Shown here: positions 9,206 through 23,028 of the stretch, piece after piece
Layout of the letters: every line of letters starts with the position of its first letter
Numbering within the stretch: position 1 is the first letter of the stretch
Source: Iphione sp. A-MEVVRFRX5
Lineage: Eukaryota
Reading direction: 5' to 3'
Assembly (NCBI GenBank): GCA_976226885.1
Contig: OZ320313.1
Coordinates: 47,492,001 to 47,556,000 of the forward strand
Length of the DNA: 64,000 nt
Translations under genes and position numbers: made by a program
Notes under the pieces: model-generated
What the model saw: the letters and a program-made list of their open reading frames with translations, nothing else
Told to the model about the DNA's origin: nothing
The model's database searches: none

Positions 9206-10568
9206 AGGAGATTACTTATGGTATTCGTGGAAGGATTTTCAAGCGATGCAGAAGAGGATGGGTACTCAGGAGACAACATGGAGACAGACGAAGATGAAGA
9301 CAACAATGAGTGGAGCACACCAGATGGTCATTATATGACGGACACAATGAATGGAAGCAGGAGAGAGGTAGGTCGGTTCGTGGAGTACTATGCGGGATTG
9401 AAATGTGCTTGTCGATGTGATTAGACGGTAATGGAAGATAGAAAACAGTGCAAATCATGATATGTATTACAGAATTTATGGAGCACTCATAGGAGTCAGT
9501 GGAGATTTTCAGGAATAACCACGTGTCAACAATTTCAACAAATGTAACAAGTGTAATGATAAATCCAGCAAATAGGTGTATAGGTGCAAGCCACAAAGCA
9601 ATGGGCGATGATGATGGTGATGGTGTTAATGGCGGTAGTGGAAGCAAGCCAAGTACATCGAGGCAGGGACAGTCGAATGGGCCCCGAGTCAAGAGTGATG
9701 GATCGACAGCAGCAGCAGCAGGAAGGGATAATGTTGTCAGCATGGTAGAGGCAAACGGTCAGAGGGTAAGGAGTACTTCGCACTTCCTGTATCATTGCAG
9801 TCACCATATGGAATTGCAAAGGTGTACAATTAACACATAATTGACTTAGTTATGTTTGTTACAGGGCAAGAGGAAAAGAGTCGACAGTACAACATCGCAT
9901 GAGATTAACATGACATACACATCTGAGAGCACAGAGCATCCTGTAAGTGTAAGTTAGGCAAGAATGGAAAACATATTAGCTAATGTCATGCAAAAAAATG
10001 CATTTATCACATATGGTACAAATGTATATGCACACTCAATGTCAGATGACACAACAGGAATGCACGCACTGTAAGTATACATAGTCGACTATGTATACTA
10101 TTTATGATGTACATATACACAAAGTTACATCCTGCAGTGATACTCTAGCCCTACAAATGACCCATGTAACAAATACGTTATGGCATGCATTTCATATTTG
10201 CCTGAAATGCTGACCTGCTCTCCAAATATGAGTGCAGTGTAAAAAAGAAAGTTCCTAATCCATCGTCCAACATTATACTATTACTATACTACTTGTATTG
10301 CAGAGTGTTAATAAACATTTTTCAATCCACTATTACATATGACTACTGGTACTGTATTCACCACCACCACCTTGTTTTTACGAATACAAAACATCAACTC
10401 CTATTTGTGTCCCTTCCTACTAATAATTGTTCTTTGATAATACACCCAGCTACTAAACAAGGTCACCTGACTCTACCTACACCTAGTGGTAAAAATTCAA
10501 AAATCAAAAATCAACAGTCAAAAGCAGAGAGGTGTAGCAGAGAAGACAACAAAATTGGCATTTTACAG
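9206..10568 (+). CDS. Putative spliced gene fragment, low-complexity/disordered protein (exons 9206-9371, 9584-9765, 9865-9942, 10046-10070, 10450-10568)
   Basis: All introns are GT-AG, and phases match without stops: 1, 0, 0, 1. The last three introns have good donors (gtaagg, gtaagt, gtaagt). The first junction (gtcggt donor, tatag acceptor) is weak. Start and stop were not found. Confidence 0.55.
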
Positions 10569-10752
10569 GTAAATATTGTTTTCTTTCTCCACAAGTTTTG
10601 TGATATTGAGCATGAGTAACCAGGGATTCACTAGGACATTTGCTAGTGCATTGCTAACTTGAATATATTTGAAGAATGGTTGTAAAATACCGCTACTCTT
10701 AGAATATGGTAGTGGGTGATAATAGGGGGCTTTATCAATTGTAATGAGAAAT

Positions 10753-11419
10753 CCCGCTAAAGATTCCTATAATGGACTTGTACTGGACCAGTACCGTTTA
10801 AGATAATGGTCCAGTACAGGCTATGTACTGGGGCAGTACAGAAGTGTAAATTAGCTGCCCAATGGCATGGTACTGGCAGTCCTGCACAAGTGCAGTGTAG
10901 GTCTGCCATTGGCCCTGCACTGGAATATATACCACAGGAAAAGTACAGTTACATTTTTCTTTTTTCTCCAAGTATTAAGTATATTTAAATCAACAGCATT
11001 ATGGCAAGCTTAATAAGAATCTACACAGAAATGATTTGGATATTATCACATTATTTTAAGCAGGGGATCTTTTAAATCTAAAGTAAAATTTTAAGTGGTT
11101 GATTTTTTTTTAGATCTGAACTAGCTGTACTGTTCCTATAGTATACATTCCAGTATTGGGCCAATGCCAGACCTGTACTATACCTGTATAAATTGCAGTT
11201 ACTGGGCCAGTACCAGTGTAACTGTACTGTCCCTGTAGTATATATTCCAGTACTGGGCCAATGTCGGACCTGTACTGTGCCTGTGCTGGATAGCCAGTAC
11301 CAGCCTGTTGGACAGCCAATTTGCAAATCTGTACCAGCACGGTCTTGATATCCTGTACTGGGCCGTTACCTTAAACTGTACTGGTCAGGTACAGGTCCAT
11401 TACAGTCATGATTACTGGG
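10753..11419. mobile_element. Fold-back MITE with CCC...GGG ends (CMC-like)
   Basis: The left arm CCCGCTAAAGATTCCTATAATGGACTTGTAC aligns with the reverse complement of the right end, CCCAGTAATCATGACTGTAATGGACCTGTAC. Arms are rich in CAGTAC/GTACTG. No clean TSD. Confidence 0.65.
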
Positions 11420-14400
11420 AGTCTGTGAATAGCAGAAATACCCAGATGATCTATAATCAGCTTTCAACAAGGCAAGAACATTGTTTCCCCTGTTCTTGTT
11501 AGTGCTTCTGCCTACGAACATGTGCCAGGTTCTAAGATTACATTACTTGTACGTTACTCTTTAAATTATGCAATGTACCGACGATATCGGAATGGATATA
11601 TATCTGTATCCTCAAGAACACAAGGATGGTATGAATGAATATAGAAGGGATGCTGGATATACACAGTCACATTCTTGCAAATATATCAGAATATACCCAG
11701 ATTTCGGGCGTTAGAGCTGATTTAATCAAACTACACGTAATAATTCTTAATCGGCATTCATGGTTTTCACTGAAACGCTACAAGAATTTGCCTGTCTTCA
11801 CTGCCGGTGACGAAGCTCTTTGTCCCCCCATATTCGTCTCCTGCCTATATTTTACAATATAAGCTGCAGTGACTCGATATTTAACTGGAAGACTAACAGA
11901 AATAACAGCACGGAAAGGATTGTTGGGTTAATACTATAATAGATACTTCTTACTGCTGAAAGATACATTGTATTGTTAGAGCAAGAATCCAACATTAATC
12001 TTCTTCCCTTTTTGGTTCTGTCAAACAGAAGCAAATGTTTCACTGAAAAAGGCGAACCGTATTCTTAGAATATATCCACCTCTTTTCAGAAGATCCGGGA
12101 GGCATGGATAGTGTATGCCAACTAGTCAGGCCCTTCCAGATTCAAGATGATGCAGGTATCAATTACATGTGACACATAATTATATGACTATATGTCTGGC
12201 GTATGGGACAATCTTCACTCAGTATTTCATAACCTTGGGTTGTCTAATTAGATTATAAATGTTTCCACCTATAATATGACATGTACATGTATATCCCGTT
12301 GGAACGCCGGTGTTCGTACAAGCAGCATAAGCAGACTGCCAAACATAAATGATGGCATATACATGTAGGCTAATGAAGGTTCTCTGTCGAGCGTAATGTA
12401 TAGCTTCTGTTGATGATCAATAAAAGTAATGAAGATTTGAATTCTCTCTAAACAATCCACATGGCTCACGTTTCACTATGGTTTAACGTCATAAGGACGA
12501 GCAATATCACTCCAGCTAGGCTATAGTCAAGAGCATTAGCCACTTATAATTGTTTGGAGTAGTACAAACTCGGGTAATTCATTATAACGTGTCCTTGGGT
12601 TTAATCCCAAAGGCACATGCACATGCATCTTAGGAATGAAATCAAGGAAAAACTACCATTATATTACGAGTGCACAATGCTAGGGAATTTCAAATTGAAA
12701 ACGTCATGTACATTTAGACACACTTATCATAGTTTCCGTCTCATTTGCGACAGAATGGAGACCCACAGATCGCCTAAGATCATTGCACCAAAATTCATGG
12801 TTCATTATCCCTTCTGGACATTCAAACCTCCTTTGTAATGATATTATGCACAAGAGATAGAGATACTCTGAAATCATTGAGCAGAGATGCCTTCCTACAG
12901 TACTGCCAGAGATGTTTGAGTAGATGCACCTCAGATCCCCACAAAACATGTAACATATACATGTAAATTGAAGGAATGCTTATACTGTGCTTCTTTTGAG
13001 GGTTAGTTGTATTTCTTTGTCAGTCTTGCACGTGTTTTTCCCTTGTTTATTTCTGTATTGTATTCCCCTCCTAGCCTCAGTCATGCTGTTGATCTCCTTT
13101 AAAAATCCCAATAAAGTAGCAATAAAATATTATTTTGTCCAAAGTGCCTTGTTGTGTACTATCGCTCTCTTCCCTTTTTTGAGCGAAGTCATTACCACAA
13201 CATGGTCTGTATTGCTACAAAACATTTGTGACCCACAAATACACTATACATAAAACATCAACAATGGTCAGATCTTTTGAAACAAATCTCTCCCTCAAAT
13301 CTACCCCTTATGGTAATTACATGACCCTTTTATCGAGTAGAAAAACAGTACCTTTTAACTAAGCAAAAGACCCCCATGAGTGTATGCTAACCTAGGATGT
13401 TTATGTATATATTTTTTATGTATATTCAAACTTGATATTTTTTTTATATTCAGTGTTTATTCAACTGTCATTATTCTACTGTTTAATATTGTTTCTAACA
13501 TGGACGTTCTGAGTTTACAGCTTATATTTCAGAACGTTACCCCTCAAGGACTTGACGAGGGGACTTCTAAATTATAGTGGCAGCCATCTTTTTTACAAAA
13601 GATAATTACAGCATTCTTAATTCATAAATCATAAATCAAAAAAAAATTGAACCAACCTATAATATACCGATATTATAGGGAGGATCAACTTTAACAAATC
13701 CACTTAAAAAGTAACCCATTGATATAAAAAAAACCTTTGGAAAAAATCTCCACTGCTATGCCTGATGAGACAGTAGTCGAAAGCATGTTGAATATGTGTC
13801 TACAACTATGGCCATTATTATCCACAAAGAACTGACATGGTGACACCTAAAGGGAGTATCACCATAGCAACAAGGAAACCCATATATTATATGTAACAAC
13901 AGACATAGGCTGGCCCAGTCACAACTCGGTATCATACCCACAAGCACAGAGCATTGCCACGTCAAATGTTCATTCATAAATCATATGTAAATCAATTAAA
14001 ACAAGTAAACCAAAGATTCCTGTATAGATAGCTTTATTGCCGATTGTACAGGGCATTTATGTACAAGAGACATTCGGTTACATGGTTAAGCATAGGAGCA
14101 TATTACAGTCTTCTAACAACTCAAAAAGGTACTGCAGTACCAACCTTTTAAACCTTATTACCCATTTAAGAAGGCCCTCTGAGGCCAAAATGCCAGATTC
14201 ATTTGTGAATGAAGCCATCCTTATTACACACACTGTTTTGTCATCAATGTGGGGCAGTATTACCATAAACACAAAACATATGAATATATGCATTCAGACA
14301 AAGGAAAACGTGAGAGACAAGAAGTCGGTTTTCTAAATATTGTTAGGATATTTTGCAACCATTAAACAGAGAATATACTTGATATATCATTTTAATCAAT

Positions 14401-16301
14401 CGTCAAACAATGTCAATGTGTAATACACTTAGGACAAACAGTCAGAAGTTGCTACTATAGTATGTGTGTTTGTCGGAGCGGTAAGTTACATAGAAAATGA
14501 GGTCACCGGGAGCAGCTCCATTCCCGTGGGTCACCGTCTGTCTGAATGCGTAAAAAATTAGCCTCAGATGAGCTAGCTCTGCACAATAACTAGCCAACGA
14601 ACAACCGGTCCTTGAAGTCTTTTTGACAGCTAATCAATTATGCTGTCAATCGTTGACAGTGGGCTCAAATATTTGGGGCAAAGCGCTAGGTGACGTACTA
14701 AATATGTAAGAGCAGCCTCTAGGGGTTAACTAAGGCTGGCACGTCAACCGCACCCACGAACCCGGACTTTTGGCCTTTTAACTACCCACCCATCCATCGA
14801 CCCGATTAATTTCACCTACAAAATTGTTGTCTGACTGGACAACGCCTTTATGATGTCTCTGTTGCATGCAGAAACTTAACAGGAGCTCACAATTTCGACA
14901 TTATAGTGAAATCATGACTCCAACAATGCCCTGCCGAAAACTCAATGTTTTTAAGAGAGGAGAGGGTTTTCACTTAATCGGTTCTGAAAGGGCGTTCATT
15001 GTAAAAGTAACTATGATTGAAATGGAAGTATATTCCTAACAGTGTTATATCTTCCTAGTAACAGGATGCTTTAATTTGTCTCTCGTACCTATAGCAGCCA
15101 AGATTTGTTTTCACAGGATTGAAAACAACATTAAGAGTCCAACAGTGATTGGATGAGATATAACTGAATATTTCACATGAAGTGCATGATATAATGATAT
15201 TTTATATCTACATTATACATTGCATTGTAATGGACAAAAGCGCCAAGGAACGAGAGTAAGATTGTGGGAAAAGCAAAAGGTGGTTGGCACAGACAGAGAA
15301 TGGTGTGTTGGTTGGCCAAAAGCATCCATGGAATAAAGATTTGGAATTAAGATCTGGAATTAAGCTTACTGACTCTGTTGCATATTTAGATATTCATGGA
15401 AGTGGAAATGTGTTAAGTAAATTGGAGCTTCTGGAGAAGGGAATCACTGAAGCTTGAAGAGCTGAAACTGATGATCACCTTTGGTGATGAAAAAAAGGAA
15501 GGAAGAGAATTGGATAACAGACAATATTAGGGGCTTGAGACAAAACAAGGAATATTACTTTTCTATTTTAAAGTTAGTGACAACATCGATAATATAATTT
15601 GGGAAGTTTTACAAGCAATTAGTCTCCAAGTAAACTAGGAAACTACACAAGGCCTATTTGCTACCGAACTCTGTTACTGCCGTTCCTATACCTTCGATAC
15701 ACATTAATAGTAAATACGTTCGGGTCCATGGAATATCCGGTCTATCCCTTTGGCGTCATTTTTCCCAAAGCGAAGTATGACTTGGATGAATACTATACAT
15801 ATATATGTTGACGACTGTGGATACGATGCCACGGGTTGGTATCATCTCTAAGAGGCTGAAAGATTGTGTTGGATTATGTTGGATATTATAGAACTAAAAA
15901 CGCGTCGCCTAAACAATATTCAACATTCTTAGATGGGTTAGCTACTGTTGTTGTCTCACTATATGATCAATACTTAAATACAGTATATAATATCAGCTGC
16001 AAATACTTCAGCGTATCTTCAGGATTTGGTGCTTATTTCATGACCCGGCGCCCTGACAAATATGAAATGTACATCCTGCTTTTCATATACTAAAATAGAT
16101 GTTGTGGTTTTAACAGTTCTGCTGTTATGTGCTATACCCACGTATGCAAGTACATAGTTCAGACCTGCCCCCAGTAGTGTGGACTGTGGGAGGACCACTC
16201 TAGGGTACTTTCATAGCGGTGTACCCATGTACATGGGTTGTCCAGACACCCTCCCGGTGTTGGACTACCAGATCAGTGAAGGAGTGGTCCACAAGTACAC
16301 C

Positions 16302-16528
16302 TTAACATATGTTAATTCTTTAAAATTTATACCAGAGAAAAAAATAGATGTGTTTGTTGAAAGTGAGGCTTATCAGTGGAAATTTTTGGCTTTTTGTTGA
16401 AAGTGAGACATATTGACAGACATTTTATGGCTTTTGGTTGAAAGTGAGGCACATCTGTGGAAATTTTTGGCTTTATATGTAAATGATATACAAATTAGAT
16501 AAATTTTAAAGAACTTAACATATGTTAA
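16302..16528. mobile_element. MITE with about 29-bp TIR and internal 40-41-bp repeat
   Basis: TTAACATATGTTAATTCTTTAAAATTTAT (16302-16330) versus its inverse at 16499-16528 (1 indel). Three internal GTTGAAAGTGAG units. Confidence 0.75.
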
Positions 16529-19500
16529 AGCCTATAGCCCCAGAGGCAGATTTTCAACTCATGAACATGGGGATAGGGCCTTAGTATTTTGAGCTACATT
16601 TTGTAAGCTCCTTTTCTTTGCCATAGTTTGTCATGCTTACTAAAGTACTTTATACGCCCATATATATGGCGGATTACAAATCCGGTACTATAATTATTTG
16701 TTTTGGGTGGCTTCTAATGGTGTTGGCCCCCTTCAGATATATGTATACAAACAATGACGTTTATGGTACATGGATGATACAGTACAGCAACGCACCCCGT
16801 GGGAAACTCAACAGAGGCAGTGTTTACATGTATCCATATTTTCCTACATCTGCAGGTCTGTAAATGCAGAAAATACCTATCCTATAGCAATCAAGTAAAT
16901 CATTCACTTGTAGCTATGTCCATATTTTTCTATGGATATGGAGATATAGACACATCTCCCAAACCGATCCAGGACGGATTTTGTACGTCTATGGATCATT
17001 TTCTATAGAAGCACTAGTACAGAGGCATCTGGTTAACATATATAAGCAAATAGTATGTACCCAACAGGATGTTCCTACGTATTTTGCATATGGATACGTG
17101 TAAACTCCACCTTAAAGGGCTGCACACAATTAAAGGTAACTTTTCCAGTCCCAATACTCAATATTACATATGAAAAACAACGCTACAATAAGAGCAACTG
17201 TTTGCAAAGCAGCTAGAGTTGCAGTGTTTCATCATTCATGTTGCCTACCATGTACATATTGTATAGGTTTGCCAAGGTTTCCATTGGAATCTTATTATAA
17301 CACCTGTCGTCCCACAATGTAGCCTTTTGCTATACAAGACTGAAAGATTTGTATGCAAATGTTTATACGTTTTTGCCATTTGTCTTGTAGCATGCATTCT
17401 CCTGTAGTGTGTCTAGAACTTGCTATTGTGCTTATTTCTGAGTGTAGTGTGTTTTATTAATAATGAGCTTTCCCATTTAGGCCAAAAATGCATTAGTTTC
17501 TCTTTGCCTTACATTGAGCTAGTGCTTTGGTTTTTGGAGGTTGACCCCTACAGGCTTTGATCCACAACCTGCCGCTGGTGCAGGCCCTGCTGCTGTTCCT
17601 GCTGCAGGACCAACTCTGGGTGAAAGTCGAGGAACAGGCAGCCCATGTGGACCACCTGGAAGAGCATGTCACTGCCCTGGAGGCAAGGCACCAGCAACAA
17701 ACCTTCACCAAACGGGCTTTGGTGTCTGATCATAACCAATGTAATTAAGGAAAGGTGCCTGCCTGTGTGCACCATCAACCAGTCTACCACGTTTGCACAG
17801 TTGATATAAATTTATTATCAGAAATAGATAATTCCTACTCATCTTTTAGCTATGGTCTCCCTGCTTCGAAACTCAAATAATGGGTTGACTGCAACCAAAA
17901 CATCTGGTCCAGTTACATATATGAAAAATGTTGACCGCAGAGATACGTAGTGTTCAAACACACGTGAAGGCTCTTTCAAAATTCACAGAATGGATGCTGT
18001 AAATTTCCGCACATTCAGACATGGCTTAATAGGGGGCAGATTCATGAGAACAGTCCCATAGTGTACGTTAGGCACCGGTATGAACACATCAGTAAGAAGT
18101 AGTTGGGATTGTCTACACATATAATCAGTAATACATCTAACGAACTAATTTTTAAAAAGAATTTAAAACACATTGTAAATGTATATACCTGTCATCACAT
18201 TTAATGTCTTTTAAATATATGACTATAATGGTCGATCAAAAATGACAGATTAATATAAAAAAAAAACAGAGCGGGTATAATTGTTTGTTTCAAGACACTA
18301 CGGAGGGACTCATGAAGCAATTTTCGATGACTTGTTCATATGCGAGGAAGATAAGGATGGTATTCATGATAAAGAGTCTATAGTGACAATACGTCCCATA
18401 GCAATGATTCACATTTCATATTATTTTCATAGCAAGCATCCTGTTTCTTAAGTTTGGCTTGACATACAGGACATGTTGGCTACCAATGAAGACGTAATTA
18501 TAGTTTGATTTCTTTATTATGTTGATCTGAAATATCTCATTTGAATCAGTCTAAACGCTGTTACATCTCTATCACTTGAAGCAGTATGCCTCGTTTCGTA
18601 GTCATTTCCGTGACAACTGGACATGTGATCGGATAATCCGACTAAATTATTATGGAAGTTGTACCGTGTTTCCAATGATGGCTTCCACACATTTACAAGC
18701 TGTTGGTAAGTGAGCAATTATCTTGTCACTATTAGTTCATCCCGGGATGTGATCCATAATTAGAACACCACTATTCAATCATTATACAAACATCATACAG
18801 GAGCGTGGCGGAATAGGCTGTATTATATATATTTGCAATAATCATCATCTGTTGCCGTGTGTGGTAGATCTATTGCAAGTGTCTGACATTAGAAATATTT
18901 GTGCAGAAAGACAATTACAACGTGATCTTCTGCCCAACTTGCAGAGAAGACATGGGCATAAAGACACTTTCTACACGGTGACATTTCATGGGTAACGGAG
19001 AAAAATGTCATTACCATGATTCCCCTCCGAGTTCACAGGCTGTATGCATGCATATATACAGCAGTCTATGTATATGTACTCTTTGTAATAGTATTATCAG
19101 CGGAGCCCTTCTATCATTGTCCAGCAAGTATAATGGTAGTTAAAATATGATTTTTGAATGGATGAACGGGGTTGTTCCTCAAACAACATTTATTCTAAAA
19201 GGTTAGTCGAGAGAATCTAGGAAGGGATACACATCAAACTGCACATAAACAAAAAGGTCCCCCAGTGAATATATCCACTGTAACATGTAAAACTAAGTCC
19301 ATCTAGGTTAGTCCTTATATGATTAACCCTGTCCTTAAAAGATAAATCTAACCACAATCGTAGAGTAACTTTTGTCCGAATTTGTGTCTAAGTTAGTCAG
19401 TTCTTGTTTAGGTGAATATTTTATCTTGTTCCCATCGGACTGAGCGTTTTAAGTAGGCAACGTTTAGACAAGTCGCTTGACATCACGCGGCCTCTTATCC

Positions 19501-21174
19501 TGCCCTTAAGCATCTCGCCTCAAAAGGACCCACCCAATTTGCCCCGTAGCTGACACAACCGTTAAGCAATAAATAGCTAATACTGATTTTCCCCCATTAT
19601 TTTCTTTAAATGTTGCGGACTTTTTTCCAGAAATTCAACTCATGGATTAGGTCAGAGGTCATACATGCTTTTTAACGTAGCTCAATATATACTCTAAACT
19701 TCTAATGGCTCACCATATATGCAAATAGTTATCTCCACAACTACAAAAAAAATGTTTCTCTACTCAACAATCCAACAGGTTGGCTTCTTATATAAGGAAA
19801 CACATTTTTTTCGGTCAGTCTAAAATCAGCAGCGAGGGACCCTGATAATGACATGCTGTGGGAGCATTTTGATACATACGTCCTTCTCAAGCCTGGGATC
19901 AAAACTGCGTCAGGCCTCATACCAAGTTACCTATGCTGAAAGGAATTCATCTACTGTTGGACTAGATGTCTTCTGGTCCATACCCCTCAACTTGGTTAGC
20001 AAACCTGACCACCCTTTTAGTTCACCAAAACTGTGGCCATATGAGGGTTGGTTGGTATCTTATAGTCATCCAGCATTTATGCTTTTTGCTTGAGAATGGA
20101 GCAGACTACAGCCCCCAAACGTCTCAGCCAGTTGATGTTTTGATCGTTTGCTATGGCCTTGACCATCTTATATACGCACCATCTTGCTCTAGAACGTAAG
20201 GTTACGGCTCTTCAGGGTTTTTGCCATTGTCAAGAGCTTGGTCAATATAAGTTGGGGACTGCATTCTCCTTCTCTGTTGGCTCCTTATATCCCCATCGGT
20301 GGACCATGGTATGAAGACAGATACTGAAACCATTAGAGCTGTATGCCGTTCATGGAACGCCCTACGACCATATGAAGGAGTTTTCTTGCCTCCCTGAAGT
20401 CGATAGGCGTGAGGAACACCTCCTGTTCATGCACATTCGCATGTGAGCTACTCTGAACATTGCCCATGCTCACTCTCTAAGAGACTGCCTAGATTTCTTA
20501 TATTCATAATAACATTGGTGTTCTCAGTCAGACGCCTCATTGAAAGTAGTGATTACGTAGTTGATCAATCAGTATCATGCCTATACACGTGGTTGGTTCT
20601 TTCTCAAACTGGTCATTTGGGAGTGTGTTCGCTTCCAAGACGTCATCAAGAGTTCAAAGTCTAGTCTATGTCAAACAAGTGAAGGCATCTTGCAGCATAT
20701 GTTCCTGATTCCGCATCACATCTTTTATATTTGGTTTTCTACTTTAAAATATATAGTACCATGTTTTAATCTTAAAAATATTAATCTTTCACAGAACACA
20801 AATTATAAGGTCTAGAAAGAATCTCTTACACATGAGATCTTCACCTATGGGTACGGACTACATTTGGGAGATGTTTTTAATAGGTAGTGTAATGAGACAA
20901 AGCTTTAACTCTCTTAAATTTGAATTAAATGACATACACAATAGAGGGATATACACAACCTGTATATGTTTATTCTCAGCATTTTCCCGTGGATAGTCCC
21001 TTAAATCTGATGAGGCTGAGGGTGATAACCACATGGATTCCACTAACTGAGTAAATTAAAACTAAGCTGTACACCTCAACATTCACCTTAAAAAAAGGCC
21101 CCTCAGGCATTTATTCCATTCTATAACTTTGCTGACATGCCTATACATCAGGAAATTGCAAAGATGGGTTCATC

Positions 21175-21850
21175 TTAGTGGCGTTTCACATGTGTCCATA
21201 CGGAAAATGTGCACCCGTATACACACACAGAGAACCCCCTTGCAGTTTTCCTATTTTAATTACCAATATATATGTTAACCAGATGTCCTTTATGATTGCT
21301 TCCTATGGAATCCACCTGTGGGTGCAAACCAAACCCAGAATTTCTACTTTATAAGTAAGGAAGTGTGAATATGGATACATATAAATGGGCCCTTAGGCCC
21401 TTATCGCATGTGTCCATAAGACTTTTGGATGAAAAATATGTCTATGTGTGCAGAGACATGGATTACCTCTTGTAGCTTCTATTTTAATTAAGAACATGTA
21501 TGTTAACCAGATGTCTCTCTTCCATTGCTTTCTATAAATTTGCATCAGCAGCTAGAAAATCCATTCCCGAGCAATTTGTTATCTACGTATACACATATGT
21601 GGACATAGACTAATACATATATGTGTACATGCAAATGCTCATAAGATTAACAATTGAGAAAATATGTGTATGCATCCGTGGCTGCATCCGTAGAAAAACG
21701 CACACATGCGCCTAATGTAGGAGATGCAGTAAATGTATGCAAAACTAATATGTATGGTACAAAATGAAATTTGTATATCGGGTTTTCATAAACAAATATA
21801 CATATATGCCGTAATCTATATACATGTATGTGAAACATGATAGCCCTATT
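21175..21850. mobile_element. Two degenerate Harbinger-like MITE copies in tandem
   Basis: Two related blocks begin ...CACATGTGTCCATA / CGCATGTGTCCATA and share TATTTTAATTA...GTTAACCAGATGT. They are joined at GGGCCC-TTA-GGCCC (about 21386-21399). Confidence 0.4.
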
Positions 21851-22161
21851 GCAGATACGTAAAGATAGAAATACAATATATTTAGATCATTTATATTTAG
21901 AAATAAAGATTTATGCACGCTGTCGGTGCATATGTTAGCACCTAGAAAAAGTCATGTGAGACTACATGAGTCACGTCGTCTCCATCCCTAGAATAGGGCT
22001 TTTTCTTAGCACGGCAGAAGTGCCTCCTTTTCAAGTCCCAAACAACCTGATTGACCTTGACAGCTGTGGTGTGTGTAGCAGGCCTAGCTCACTTCGTTTT
22101 GGTCAGCTTCCATACCACCAGTCGCATGATGTCCCTTTAACGGTCGGCCGTCTCCAGAACC

Positions 22162-22175
22162 GTTACCATAGCAAC
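22162..22175. promoter_or_regulatory. RFX X-box-like motif
   Basis: GTTACCATAGCAAC fits GTNRCC-N(0-3)-RGYAAC and lies upstream of the 23029 gene, across an assembly gap. Confidence 0.45.
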
Positions 22176-22285
22176 CAGGACAGAGACCCGACTTCTTAGA
22201 TTTCATTCATGACTGGCAGAGGGTATCGCTGTGACATCCTTCCCGGATCACAAAAGAAATGAAAGTTAAAACAGGAACCCGGCCC

Positions 22286-22452
22286 NNNNNNNNNNNNNNN
22301 NNNNNNNNNNNNNNNNNNNNNNNNNNNNNNNNNNNNNNNNNNNNNNNNNNNNNNNNNNNNNNNNNNNNNNNNNNNNNNNNNNNNNNNNNNNNNNNNNNNN
22401 NNNNNNNNNNNNNNNNNNNNNNNNNNNNNNNNNNNNNNNNNNNNNNNNNNNN
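22286..22452. other. Assembly gap (167 N)
   Basis: Run of N. Confidence 1.
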
Positions 22453-23028
22453 TTCACTCGCTGTCCCTGTCAGAACTACTCTCCCTCCCCTGTTTTTCTC
22501 CTTTCGAAACTTTCCAAACTTTCTTTCTCTTCATAATTGCAAAAAAGTGTCTCGTGTATAATGTGCATTTGGAAGAATGTATATAATGTAGTTCATATAC
22601 CCTCTATGATATCAGTGCCTTTACTTTGTCTCTCCCTCCCCCTCCAATCAATCTAAGTTCCATGCGTCTCGGTAGCGTCCCTACGGAACGTGCACCAACG
22701 TCCCATACTGAACCGACACATCCTCCCCCACCCCCTTCCCCCTCTCATCCTCTCAACCCCCACCCCACCATCTACGCCCACCCTCCGCCTCTCTCCCTAA
22801 GTGCCAATCGCATCTCTGTCTCCGAGACAGGGACGCTGCCCATGAGCCGGTCCACTTCGCCACGAGCCACTCGCATGAACGCGCGTCCCTCAGGAGCTCC
22901 TCAGCATCTCTAACCGTTTTCACCATCTTCCATCTATAGTAACCCAGGACTCGGGCGAGAGTACTGGACTCTTTTGTGACACTCCTACAACAGAAACGTA
23001 TCCAAATTGTTAACAGAAACTAAGAAAA

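Noticed and set aside
12600-13253. Hydrophobic 88-aa ORF (12987-13253) as a membrane protein
   Set aside because: It is the antisense of an A/G-rich strand that looks like a decayed LINE fragment. No splice signals, and the LINE match itself is too weak to list.
15230-15560. Possible RTE-like LINE C-terminal relic
   Set aside because: Only a short GRKR..WITDNI-like resemblance with broken frames.
18287-19000. Possible exons after ttcaag (18296) and atacag (18800)
   Set aside because: I could not build a phase-consistent chain or recognise a product.
22259-22561. ORFs spanning N runs (also 28684-29178)
   Set aside because: Artefacts of translating through assembly gaps.
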